Source of the DNA: Gnetum montanum
Taxonomy: Eukaryota > Plantae > Gnetophyta
Direction: 5' to 3'
DNA: 64,000 nucleotides
Assembly: GCA_015680685.1 (NCBI GenBank)
Contig: MNCI01003132.1
Coordinates: forward strand, 98,380-162,379
Shown here: one piece after another, positions 12,584-24,758 of the stretch
Layout of the letters: each line of letters starts with the position of its first letter
How positions within the stretch are numbered: the first letter of the stretch is position 1
Notes under the pieces: generated by a model
Database searches by the model: none
Seen by the model: the letters and a program-made list of their open reading frames with translations, nothing else
Told to the model about the DNA's origin: nothing
Made by a program: the position numbers and the translations under genes

Positions 12584-12645
12584 GGATCTGAGTTTGACCA
12601 TACAATGGGATAAGGATCTGAGTTTGACGATACAATGAGATAAGG
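12584..12645. repeat. 30 bp tandem duplication
   Basis: GGATCTGAGTTTGACCATACAATGGGATAA followed by GGATCTGAGTTTGACGATACAATGAGATAA (2 mismatches). Confidence 0.9.
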
Positions 12646-13649
12646 CTTTATTCGAAGCATAGCGCTATTTGGTAACTGGGTTTGGTTACTTTTAACGACC
12701 CAAATGTCTTAATGTAAACGTTATTGAACAGCTGTTTCGTGTTCCACCCCATATCTTAAAAGGAAAGTTCCTTTCTGCATCGTAGTATTATAAATTAATA
12801 ATCACGTGCCAAGTAGGAATGGCCGTAAGTATGATCGCAGACATTAGCAGTCCCCGAATGGGATAAATTCCTTAATAAAATAGAAAATCAAGGTGAAGGT
12901 AAGGAAAAGGATAAATATTAAAAATAGCGTTTGTTTAAAAAAGAACAAATATTAAAATCAGTGTTGGTGTGCGTTTGTGCGTTCTAAACAATTAGGCATA
13001 GCGGAGGGTTTCATAGTTCAAAAGGATTCGGCAGCTGTTCCAACTTCAAAGCATTATGATTTGCGTAATCCAGTTTGAGTGGCTCTACTTAGGTTAGAAT
13101 TCAGGCATTAAGATTTGAGAAATAAACATCTTAGCACTCCTTCAACTAAATACTAAAGTGTGATATAATAAATGTAAAACAAAGAAAAAAAAATTTGCTA
13201 TGCTTCAACAGAATTGCCATTCCTCTGGTGCTCCCACAAATTTCACTACTAATACAGATTTACACTTATTTCATTTCTTAGAGCTTAGAATAGAAGTATC
13301 TCTATATTTTGGACACATAAAACCAATGATGTAAGCTTGTATTTTCATTAATTTTAGTTTTAAAATTTATATTTCATATTTTAAGAGTAAGATTTCTTTA
13401 AGAATCTAAAATTAGTGTTATTTAACACCATTCCTAAAAATTTTTACAGCTACTCTCACCATTATAAGTCTTATGGAATCATGATCCTTACCATGAATCA
13501 CATCGAAAGGAAAATGGACACAGAACCAAGAAAATGGACGGTGAACTCAAACCAAAAATCAATAGATAATAAATAAATGACTAAGAGAACACGATGACGG
13601 CAGCAAGCAAGCAAGCAGGATTCAAAGACATAACAGCAGTACAGAACAG

Positions 13650-14135
13650 CCGGACGAAAGGAGGAGGATCGAACCGAGAACAAAAAGATAGCTTAGCGTC
13701 AGTCGAAAGCAGCAGAGTCAAGCCATTTCTTACAATCCAAGTCCGTCGGTAGAACGCATTCACGTCCCTGATTCGCCGCATCCAAATCGCTCCGCAGGTG
13801 GTGTTGCAGAAGCCCGCATTTCTTCAAGATCTGGACGTCCTCGGCGGTATCAACTATAACATTGACGAAATCCACGAAGCGAGTGAACTCCATGGACCAC
13901 GGATGCCTCTTACGCAATCAGGTTTCGAAGAACAACCTCCGTGTGTGCACCGATGAGCATTCCTGACAAGTAAAGCGTTCGCCGCAACCACGAACCGGAC
14001 GCCTGCCTTTTGCACCTGCGTCACAGATGGAACCGCGAGCTCGTCCTCTTCACCTGAGCCGCTGAATAGCAGGGCGAGAGGGCGCTTTACTGCTCTTAAA
14101 ATTCGCAGCTTCCCAAGTGATCCCGCAAGTTTTAG
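13650..14135 (-). pseudogene. DUF247 / UPF0481 family pseudogene fragment (At3g02645-like C-terminal half)
   Basis: EEDELAVPSVTQVQKAGVRF; HTEVVLRNLIA*EAS; MEFTRFVDFVNVIVDTAEDVQILKKCGLLQHHLRSDLDAAN; DVNAFYRRTW. Contains an in-frame stop, frameshifts and deletions. Confidence 0.85.
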
Positions 14136-16170
14136 CGGTACCTGCCAGCACCAGCAGCAAGATGGAATTCCATTTCATTCAAAGGTAAGACCTAAACGGG
14201 AAAGAGCCTGATTAGGCATAAACGATAACCGTAAAAGTCGGAGAACTCTAATTTCGAATTAGGTGTTACAGTAGTAAGAGTCTTCAAATGTAGATAACTA
14301 GATATTGAATTTGGGGAGAAGCTGAGTTCATGAATTTATAAATCTGAAAAGATTAAGTAAACTGGGTGTGAACGGGGATTGTTGAACCTACGTACACCTT
14401 CAAGGTATAACAGGAATTGAAAACTCATAAAGGTAAAACTTTACGTAACCACTACAAAACACAGTTAAAAATGCACTCAGAAAATCAGACAACTAAACAC
14501 CCTCTCATAATTTTGATTCTAGCGTTGTGTTAAAAAAACAGAAAGTCCATAAAAGAGATTGAACCACTGTTCCAGGTAAAAGCTAAAAAGGTTTCAATTG
14601 GATTATCATACGTCATGTCATGGTTGATACTTCTCAGCACGTCTCTGGAAACTGTGACTTAGGAATCCCAGGTTTCAAATTCTGGCATGGTTGCCCACTA
14701 TGCTTATGATATTATAAATCACGTGCAAAGTAAAAAGAAAGTAAAGAGAGCTGGGTTGGGTATGAGACACCAGCGCCTGTGCTAGGGTAGAATAAAGTAG
14801 CTGGCCCTGGCCGCATTATTGATGCCCTTACATGGTGATGGATAAATGTATTGTTAATTGTAAAGCAAAGTTCTGCTATCTTTTCTTGATGTTAAAAGGT
14901 TCCGGTGGTCGGCGCTACGTGGGTCCTATAAATAATATTTCATTATGAACGGTGTCCTGATTCTTCATCATGATTTCTGCATCACGTTAAAAACATTTTG
15001 GTATAGTTCCAAAGTCATCGTTCAACTTTGTTAACAAGCTTTTCTTTATGGATTCACAATTTGGCATAATGTAATTGGCTGCAACATCCCACCCAATGAC
15101 ATTTTTAAACTAAGATAGAAGCCAATGAACCCACACAGATATAGAGACCGATTACCATATTTAAATTTCTATCACCAACCCTGATGGCCATAGAAAAACA
15201 AAAACCACTTGGAGAGAAGAGACATCGTTGACACTCATCATAAAAGAATAAAATACTAAGCTTGAAGCCAAAAGCACATGCTCTCATCCACCAGCTTATT
15301 CATTCCTTTTGAGTTACAAATTTGTAATTTGAAAATTTTTTTATAAACAACCTTAAACTTTAATGTTAACTTCAACTTTTTTGTTTTCTAAATTTTTTTC
15401 CCACAAGGAAACTTAGGGCAATCCCTACCCATGTAGCAACATAAACATGGCATCTTTCAATTAAAAAATAAAATTATATTATGCTTATAGTTTATACATC
15501 TTGGAGAAATTTGAAGGCATTTTCCACTTCCTCTAAACTTAAAAATATGAAACTAAACCAATTTTTATCCTCCTAGATCTTAGTTTTGCTTGACCAATTC
15601 AAATTTAACCTTACAAAATGTTTGTATATTTAAGTTTAATAAGTTAGACGCCATAAATCACATATAAAAGTACAAAAGGATGCTAAACTTTCCTTGCATT
15701 ATCTCAAAGCTTTGATGCAATTATCAATATCTTTGAAATATCCCAACATTTCCTAACACTCCCTACTAAACTAAATATTATTCACTATCCTTGCTAATCA
15801 AACAAATGTAAAAAACATTGAAGAAAAGATACCAAATGTAAATGAGACACATGAAGAAACTATAAAAGATAGGTAAACAAGTAGACAAGGATGACCGAAA
15901 AACCTAATAAAAAAGATAATGCCAACTATAGATGATACCATCTCCTACATTGCATCCTCCATTTCAAACTCATACTATCTATTGAAAACTTTTTAATGGT
16001 AAACTAGAAGTTCTAAAATTATCCTTAAATGAACAAGTTTTACCCTAGATTACAAGTTTAAAATACATACACACATACATACATACATAATCTAGTAAAT
16101 ATCTTGGTCTAGAATGCTAGTCTTATAATTAGAAATGGGATCAATGCATTGCTCAATGAATTACAATGAT

Positions 16171-16248
16171 GTATTAGCTTAGTAGTAAGACTTATGATTT
16201 AGAAGCTCTTAATTATGGGTTCAATTCTAGTGCATATCATTAAGTTAC
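16171..16248 (+). repeat. tRNA-derived (SINE-like) repeat, copy 3
   Basis: GTATTAGCTTAGTAG...GGGTTCAATTCTAG...TAAGTTACA; same family as 1-80 and 364-441. Confidence 0.55.
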
Positions 16249-16799
16249 AAAGTTCAAATTTGTTATATGAAAGTTCATGTTGGCTATATGTTTAGGGTAC
16301 ATATACTCATTTAGTTTTATTTTTGAAAACCCTACAAGTCAAATGAAAGCCTTATTTATCTTTACAAGAGAATGTAAAAAGAAATGTATTCTAACTTGGA
16401 ATATTTGAATACAACTTTATCATGTTATTATTCAATTAATTATTCTTTATGGATGTGTTATATGGGATTCAATTTTAGTAAGTAAATATTAAACATATAT
16501 AAAAGGAACTCATAAATATTTTTATTGGATGAATTCAAAGTGAAAAGATAGAGGAGTCTTGGGAGCGATGGGCGTGAATGTGGGTAATGGAACCATGGGC
16601 AATGGAAGTGACAACGATGATGGTGACATGACTGAGGCTGTTGGCACATCAAAGGATGGAGTGATGTAAGGGTGGTAGGAGGGTCTTTCTAGTGGGTTGG
16701 TCGAGCCTCTCAGGATTGACAATGATGTGGCCAGGAAGTTGTTGGATCAGTCAGGAGGGTCTATTGGGCAAGAAAGTGGGGAGCTGGGTTTTGAGGCAT

Positions 16800-18000
16800 G
16801 TTCATGTGAATTAGGGATGATGTGCTTAAATGTGGGGGAGTCACCGGAAGAGGCGGTCCAGGCACTGAAGCTATGCCTATTGGGAAAATTCATGTCGGAG
16901 GGCATGTGCCCCAGAATGGAGCTTATCTGATGATGGGCCAAGGTGGCCTAGGGTTTAGAGGAGGTGAAAGTGCACAGCCTCATGGATGACAGGCTACTCT
17001 TTGCATTTAAGATAGAGGTGGATAGAGAATGCATGCTAATAGGGGAGCCTTGGTTTTACAGGGCCTGGGGTTTGGCACTTGCACCATGGCAATCATGTGC
17101 TCACCATGATGCAAACCTTTTTGATTGGGCATCGATCTAGGTTAAGATCTTGAATCTACCCCTGGAGTTCTAGACACCTAGGTTTATAAAGTTGTTGGCT
17201 AAGTTATTTGGTGAATTTATCAAGGTCGACATTTTCACTACATTGATGGATAGGATGGGGTATGTGTATTTCTGTGTGTGGCACTCACTCGGATTAGAAG
17301 ATCACATTAGTGAAGTGATCCTGGACATGGATAATGGAGAGGAGCGAGTAAGAGTACAATTTAAGAATCTACCACTCCAGAATCGAGAGTAGAAGGCTAT
17401 GGCCGAGGTGACATGCTCAACCTACAGAAAGGGATATCCAACGAAGGATTACCAGGTCAAAATGAAAGAGCTTCTACCTAAGTCATAGAGTGGATGAAAC
17501 CTACTTGAAAAAAAGGAAGGGTTGTAAAAATGGTGGCATAGGATGAGCAAATGGAGATAGGATCTAAAGGATCCACATTGAATGAGGGCTTCATGGAGCT
17601 ACCCAAATACCCTCAAGAGGGACTGCAAGGTTCGAGATCTTGCGGAAGGGATGATGAAACAGTTGCTAGGAGTAGAGATCCTAGTTCATGAGGTGACTGG
17701 GGAGGAGGCAAGGTTGGGTGTGGAGGTGGAAGCAATCTAGTCCCCTCCCTTTGGGGACACCCTAAAGCACACACTAGATAGGTAGCATTTGGAATAGCCC
17801 CTTGGGGAATTGGATCATGCTTGATAGGGGGTTCTCTAAGCCAAAATTGCAGATCTGGCTATGACCTAGTCAAGGCCAAAAGGTGATGTGGAATACTCAT
17901 GGGAAAATAAGGTGGGCCGACCAAATGCATCGGCAATAAGGAAATGGCTGACATAATTGGAGATTGATCTCAAGGTGCAAAAGACTCTAAAGGAGGTCTA
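16800..18000 (+). pseudogene. LINE ORF1 (DUF4283-type)
   Basis: CLLGKFM; LLFAFKIEVDRECMLIGEPWFY; I*VKILNLPLEF*; LAKLFGEFIKVD...RMGYVYFCV. Confidence 0.8.
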
Positions 18001-18024
18001 TCATAGATGTATGTCTATTTCTCC

Positions 18025-21000
18025 ATGAAGATCCTATCCTAGAATTGTAGGGGATAGAATACCCCATACAAGCATAATACCTTGAAAATGATTGTTTGGA
18101 ATGAGGGATGTAACATTGTTTGCCTACAGGAAATGAAGCTGCAGGTAGCTAAAGAGAACCTATTGCGATGGAAGGGCTAGAATCCAATGAGTGTCCCATG
18201 TAGGGGATGCATTGTGGGCTTGCCATTTTGTTAAAATTCCCAATTAGCTAGGTGGAAAAATCACAATGAACCTAGATTGTTTACTTGCCCTAGGAATGAA
18301 TCTAGTTAACCAACATCTATGGGGTGCAATGCTGGGAAGTGAAAATGCAAGAGTTAAAGAGGCTGGTGTAGGTGGTCCCAGATGTAGACAGATGGCTGTT
18401 GGTGGGGGACTTCAACCAACACCTATACCCATGGGAAAAAATGGGAACAAACAACATAGACCTACCTAGTAACGTGGAGTTGACTAAATTTCTTCAGGAA
18501 CACAACCTAGCAGATTTAGACATTGAAGGTTGCAGATTTACCTAGAATAACAAAAGATGGGGGCCTAGTTAGGTTCAATCTTGGATTGACAAGGTCTGGG
18601 TGGATATGCGGCTATTGTTGGAGCTAGATATATGGGTGATGGGGTAGGAGCGATAGGCATTTAATCATAGGTCAATTTTGTATTGGCTTGGTGGGGAATA
18701 GAACCTGACGCCTTGGCCTTTTTGTTTTGAGTGAACCTAGTTGAGCAAGCCTTGGCTATGCCTATTGGTGTAGGGAATATGGTAGGATTATTTTGAGGCT
18801 TAAGAACTAAGAGAATTTCTTAAAAAGGGGATTATTGAAACAAAAAATCAAGGCCAGGACCTCAAAGGAGAAATATGGATTTAGGATGTATCGGTAGCAA
18901 CTATAGGCCAACCTACAGGATGTGTAGGAGTGTCAAGAAACAAGGGTCGACTTGATGGATGAAGAGCGAGAACTACTCCAAAAATTATAGGAGTTGGACA
19001 AGGATTAAGAAGCATATTGGTAGCAGAGGGCTTCGGTTTCATGACTATAGGATGGAGGACCAGAATACCTACTTTTTCTACACTATGGTAAAAAGCAAGG
19101 GGATTATTAAACATAAAATCCATACGTTGGTGATTGGTAATGCTAAAATTGGGTAGGAGGCTATTGATATCTTGTAGACATACTGGGGCAATGTTTGGTG
19201 CAAGAGGAAGACAGGATGAATCTTGTTGCCGATGCAACAAGTGGTAACAAGAGAGTACAATCAACACATTCTTCAATCTTTCACTTGGCTTGAGCTGGAC
19301 TTGGCATTGTGGTCATTGTGGATGAATAATGCCCTAGGGCCCAATGGATGCCTAGTCAAATTTTCTAGGGAATTTAATGATATCTTGGGGGAGAACATGT
19401 TGGATGCATTTAATAAGATTCTTAGTTGGTAGCAAGTGTGTAGGGAAATCAATTGCTTATAAATTAAGTTATTGTTAAATGCACTAGTCCCATTAGAGCT
19501 ATCACACTTTAGGCCCATTGGTGTATGTAACACACTACTATGCCTTTTCTCTAAAATATTTATCACGTGACTAGCCCCATTAATGATGAAAATTGTAGGA
19601 GCACACCAGGTAGGTTTCATTAGGGATCACTTCCTGTAGGATCAGATCCTATTATTATAGGAGATCCTATATTGGCTATGAAGATCATGGTACCTAGGCA
19701 TGTGTATTAAATTAGATATCACTAAGGCCTATGACATGGTAAGCTGGGAGGCCTTACAACAAATCATGCTCCTCAAAGGATTTAGTCTTGTATTCATTAG
19801 GCTCTGTATCCAGATACAAAGCTCAAGTAGATATTTGCTGGATATTGATGGTCGGCTGTGGGGGTTCCAAGCCCCAAGTAGGGGGTTAAGGTAGGGGGAT
19901 TTACTTTCTTCCTGCTCTTCCCCTTGGTCATGGACTTACTACAAACATACTGTACCATCGAGGGGATGCAAGAACTAACTATCGCTAGAGAACAATGCCT
20001 AGTTTTCCATTATGTTGATGATACAATTTTATTCTCTAGGGATGTGATGTCATAAGCAGAAGCATCAATGAGGGATCTTCATAGGATGGAGTCAGAACTA
20101 CGCCTTGTGGTTAACAAGGGAAAATCTACTTTGCATTTCACCAACACCATGGGGTCAATGAGTGTAAAAGTTATGTAAGTGTTGGGCATCCCACCTAGGA
20201 AACAACATGATTCTTACTTAGGGATGCCAATTTTTAATTGGCACTAGATGAAGGCATGGGTGGGATTACTAGAGAGGTTGCACTCTAAGACAATACACTA
20301 GAGTAATTAGTTTCTATCTTAGAAGGGTAAGATGTTGTTGGCCTCAACGGTGCTGATGGCCATAGCCTGATACACCACTTCTATGACTATCCAGCCAATC
20401 AGAGTCCTCTAGAAAGTTGACCAAATGATTACGTACTTCATCTAGTTTGGGGGAAAAATGGAAAAAAAGCTCCACTTGATCTATTGAAAATTGATAGTGT
20501 AGCCATGGGTGGTTGGAGGAATTGAGATGCTAACTTTTCTAGATGAGGTCATGATCAATATGTAATGCTTGGTGAATAGAATGTTGATATAGCTTGAGCA
20601 ATAGACTCCATGGATGAGGATTCTGCAATAGAAGTACTGTAGATGGGAGGTTGACATTAGGAGTTCACACTTATGGAAGAATAACTATGAATGTGTGAGA
20701 ATAATGGAGGCCAAAAGACTACTAGCAAAATCCCTATTTAAGCTAATCAAGTATCTCCACTCGATAGAGGTAGGTTGGAAAGAGTTATGGAGAAGAAGAC
20801 TATGGAACAAGGTGAAGGCATTTGGTTGGCTCATTAGACATAATGCCTTACCAGTACAGGTGACCTTAAGGATGCAAGGAATCATTACTAATATTACTTG
20901 TCTTCTTTGTAATGAAGCAACTAAAACATTAGTACATTTTATTAACCAATGTCTATTCATGTGGGAGGTCTGGAGAATGGCTTGGATTGACCCCTGATAT

Positions 21001-21500
21001 CCCCTTGTGATTACTCCCAAGCATTAACTATATTATGGTTTGCTTGGAAATGTAAGAATCATTATCCCTTCAAAGGAAAATGGTTTCCAATGCCCTCAAT
21101 GATTGTTAGGATTGGGGTTTTCTTGTGGATGGAATTGACACATGCCATGGGATGGGTGCCAACTCAAAAGCCAATAGTCATTGAATTCATGGGAGGTGCA
21201 CAACTTTGGTTACTGATTATAAGAATGGGATGGGAGAGCATGCTCTAGCCCATGGGAGGGGAGCCAGGGTTATTGATAGATAATTTCTTTATGAACTAGG
21301 AGGGAAATTAAACCTAGTTTAGGGACAAAAAGATAACACTCATAGAGATGGCATTGGAGATGATTTTGGTGATGATGATGGAAGGGAAAGTTATTGCTCC
21401 AACAATACACTCCACATGTTAATTGAAATTTTTTTTGAGGCATCATCTTTTAGATTGCTAGTGGCCACATATGTAAAGAAAAAATAACAAGGGTTTGGAA
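18025..21500 (+). pseudogene. LINE ORF2 (APE endonuclease, RT, zf-RVT)
   Basis: MKILS*NCRG, IVCLQE, GGDFN, FRPIGVCN, CIKLDITKAYDMVSW, RGLR*GD, HYVDDTILF, KVKAFGWLIRHNALP...CLLC...H...QC. Confidence 0.9.
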
Positions 21501-23731
21501 AAATGCAACAGTTCTTATTAACTAGTCTTTCATTTAATTGGGGTCATCACATAGACTTGTGGGGGTTCACTTTGCATTCCTTCGGTGCATGAGGCATGGT
21601 ATTTGAGTTAACATCTCTCATTTTTTCCTTGAATCCCTTAGGTGAAAATGACCTAGAAGACATTATGAGGTTATCTTGACTCTTTGGAGGGCAAGGGAAA
21701 TAGAAATTCCAATGCAAGTAAGGATAGTGCCAGCTTGATATATTAGTGGAGGCATTAGTAATAGGAGTAGGGGACTTGGATGCTAGAGGTGCAAGGGGGA
21801 CTAATAGAGGTAGGGTAATCACCCTGTAGAAACATGTGGGCTGCAGAGCTTGACATTTTAGATGGGGGTGGGTCATGCTAGCTAACTACTCACTGGATAA
21901 ATTTGTTATGACATGTCAATCTGTAGCTAAGCAGGAACAAAGTGAAGAAAGAGTAGCTTGGTAGTCCCATTAGAAGGTAATGCAAATGGAGATTTAGAGG
22001 GAGGCAGATGCACAAAGGATGAAGGATCTAAGGCTCATGGAGGATCTGTTCAAGCACCACATGGCTAAGTATGCTTAGATGGTTGAAAAACACATGTAGT
22101 GGTGGGAGAGTTTTGATCTTCAAGGGCTTCCAAGGGTGAAAAGGAGGGCATAGTGGGTTACAACCAGGACTACTACCCAAGATGAGATGCTAGAGCAAAC
22201 ATGAATAGAGTAGGCAGTGGCCTTGGACGTGTCACAAGTTGTAACATCGGGCATCAAAGAAGGATTGATGGAAATATTCTTGGCAAAGGAGGTGAAAGGT
22301 TAATTTCTGTTTGGGGTCGAGTTAGTTTGGAAAATTGGGGTGGGTGTTGGAGCTATGTTGGCAATGGCTATATGGGTTTTTGCTTGCCATTTAGTAGGGT
22401 CTTTGTGTTGGGTTGTGGGCTTTGGGTTGCAGGCTACGACAAGGGGCTTTTACACTTTCTTGGCAGTGTTTGGCATGCACTAATATCATTGTAAATTATT
22501 TCTATCTTTTAATTAAATCTTGAAATTTTCTCAAAAAAAAAGAAGGAAAACGATACATATACTATGGTATTATGCTTCTTAAAGCAAAGATAATGCCCTT
22601 AGAAGCTTAAGTTATTTGTTAGTTTTTAACTTGCACTCATAATCTCTTTGAAATTCTACTAGATAATTACTCCAAAAACATATTTTTGGTAACCCAAAAT
22701 AAATGATAGTTTCATGATGGATATTTATAGCTCAATAAATAGAATATTCAAAAGCATATTCAAATCATAAGTAAATTTGCAACATAGTAAAATAAGTAGT
22801 ATTTCAAAAACTTTTGGAAAATATGAAAGGAAAAAATTATTTCATTTGAATACTATTAGAAATTTTTTTTACTCAAAGATAAATTATTTCATTGCTATGA
22901 TTTCTCATAATTTATGATTCATAATTAACAAAGCATGAATGAGATCTTATCAACTAAGAGTTGAAACTAGTAGATAACTCAAAATTTCTTGTGAAGAATA
23001 AATATGTTCATTGTGCAAGAAAAGGTAATACCCTATTTTCCTACAATGTTTTGCATTTGAGTAGGTTATACATAAGTGAGATATTACAATTGCAAATTTA
23101 TTTAATTTATTTTAAATATTACTAAGAATAGGTAATTTTTAATGATGTTTTTCAAATTGCAATGTACATTTCTATAGTCTAATAGATCTAAAAGATTTAT
23201 AAATGTAATAAAATATTATTTTTAATTTCAATTTTAATAAAATTTTCTTTAAAAATTCTCAATTTGTCATCCTCCATTTCTTAGCTATTTATATCATCAA
23301 CATTTATTTTAAGTAATTCATAATATCAAATTAAATCATGATGATACTAAATTGTGATGGTATAGGAGATGAACATAGTGAAGTAGGGAAAAAGTTTTCC
23401 ATTGTAACAAACAACAAAAACACTACACTAAAACACAAAGAGTGACATTTTAGTATTAATTTATTAGGTTGACTATTTGATAGCTACATAACATATTACC
23501 TATTTATGATAATAAAATATGTTGAAATTCTATATTATTCAATTAAGTGCTATCTAAATGTGAAATCCTTAAAAGAGGAAACAAAATAAAGGATCTTAGT
23601 AATTAGAGTGATATGTTATTTGGTTTGAACTACAAGAAGCCAAAAATTGTTAAGCAAATTGAGGAACTTTCTTAAAGCTTGACTTTGAAAAAAAATTACA
23701 TTTTAGTTCCTTTTGAACATGTAATGATTAC

Positions 23732-24604
23732 TGATGAATCATAGATTGGTTGCATCAACTAGGCCCCATCGACTAGGCCTTGTTGATGCATGATTTGATG
23801 CATTGTCATGGCCTTATCAACGTAGTGTTTATCTTTGCCTATAAATACGTGATTACCCACCATGTTTATGGAATGTCTTATCATAGCTATAGTGGAGCTC
23901 TTGTAGTTTTTTTATTTGGAAGTTGGAATATTTTTCTAAGTTCCCACACTAAGAGTCAAGAGTGTACAAATCTTTATTCAAGCACTGTTGTACCTAACCA
24001 CAACAGTGTGTGCGGCAATAAAGACAAGCTTTTTGATAACCTTGTAGCACTTGGAAATAGATTAATTATTTATTCATGTATTTAATGTTTTGTGAAATTT
24101 TCCTTAATGATTTAAGTAATTAGGTAATTAATTAGGCTAAACTAAGCTAGATTAAGTAGCAATTAATTGAGCACATAAGTATGACCACTTCGAGCATACA
24201 CTTGGTACTTTGTAATCCTAGTAATGTTTAATGTTTGATAACCTAGTAGTGCTAAATGTGTTTAGGATGTGTACGACAAGTGGGAATGGATGCTTATGTT
24301 AGGTATAGTTAGTTAGATTAAATTAGCAATTAAATTACTTCATTCCTTACATCCTTTATTTTAAGCATTCAAAACATAAAACATAAAAATAATAAAAATC
24401 ATATGCCTTGATTACACTTAACCATACCTTTGCATATCATACATATCACAAGTGTAATTGGAAGCTAATGAATTACTGTTAGGGCAAGTTCACTTCCTAG
24501 AGGCCAGTGTACTGGAAGACATAGAATCCACAGAATTTGACTGGATCATGCATGAATGCTTACTGATTTGTATGGTTGGATGTAGGGATACATGTTACTC
24601 ATCA
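23732..24604 (+). repeat. 5' LTR of element B
   Basis: TGATGAATCATAG...ACTCATCA, internal CCTATAAATA, followed directly by the PBS. Confidence 0.9.
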
Positions 24605-24758
24605 TTGGTGCTATTTCTAGGGATTCGTTTTGTTTAGAATGTGCACTATATACCTATAGTAAAAATCATTAACATCATTGGATGAACCCTAAGGTGAAAA
24701 TCATTCTCAAAATAAATATAATAATTGAAGTACATTGATATTTTATTGTAATTGCAAA

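Larger units (their letters stand above)
16530..22541 (+). mobile_element. L1-clade LINE, near full length, decayed
   Basis: ORF1 and ORF2 remnants in order, A-run at 22533-22541. 5' boundary approximate; no convincing TSD. Confidence 0.88.

Noticed and set aside
12584-12645. CRISPR-like repeat
   Set aside because: Two abutting units with no spacer, in eukaryotic DNA.
16490-16560. TSD for the LINE
   Set aside because: Only weak A-rich similarity to 22541-22560; cannot be supported.
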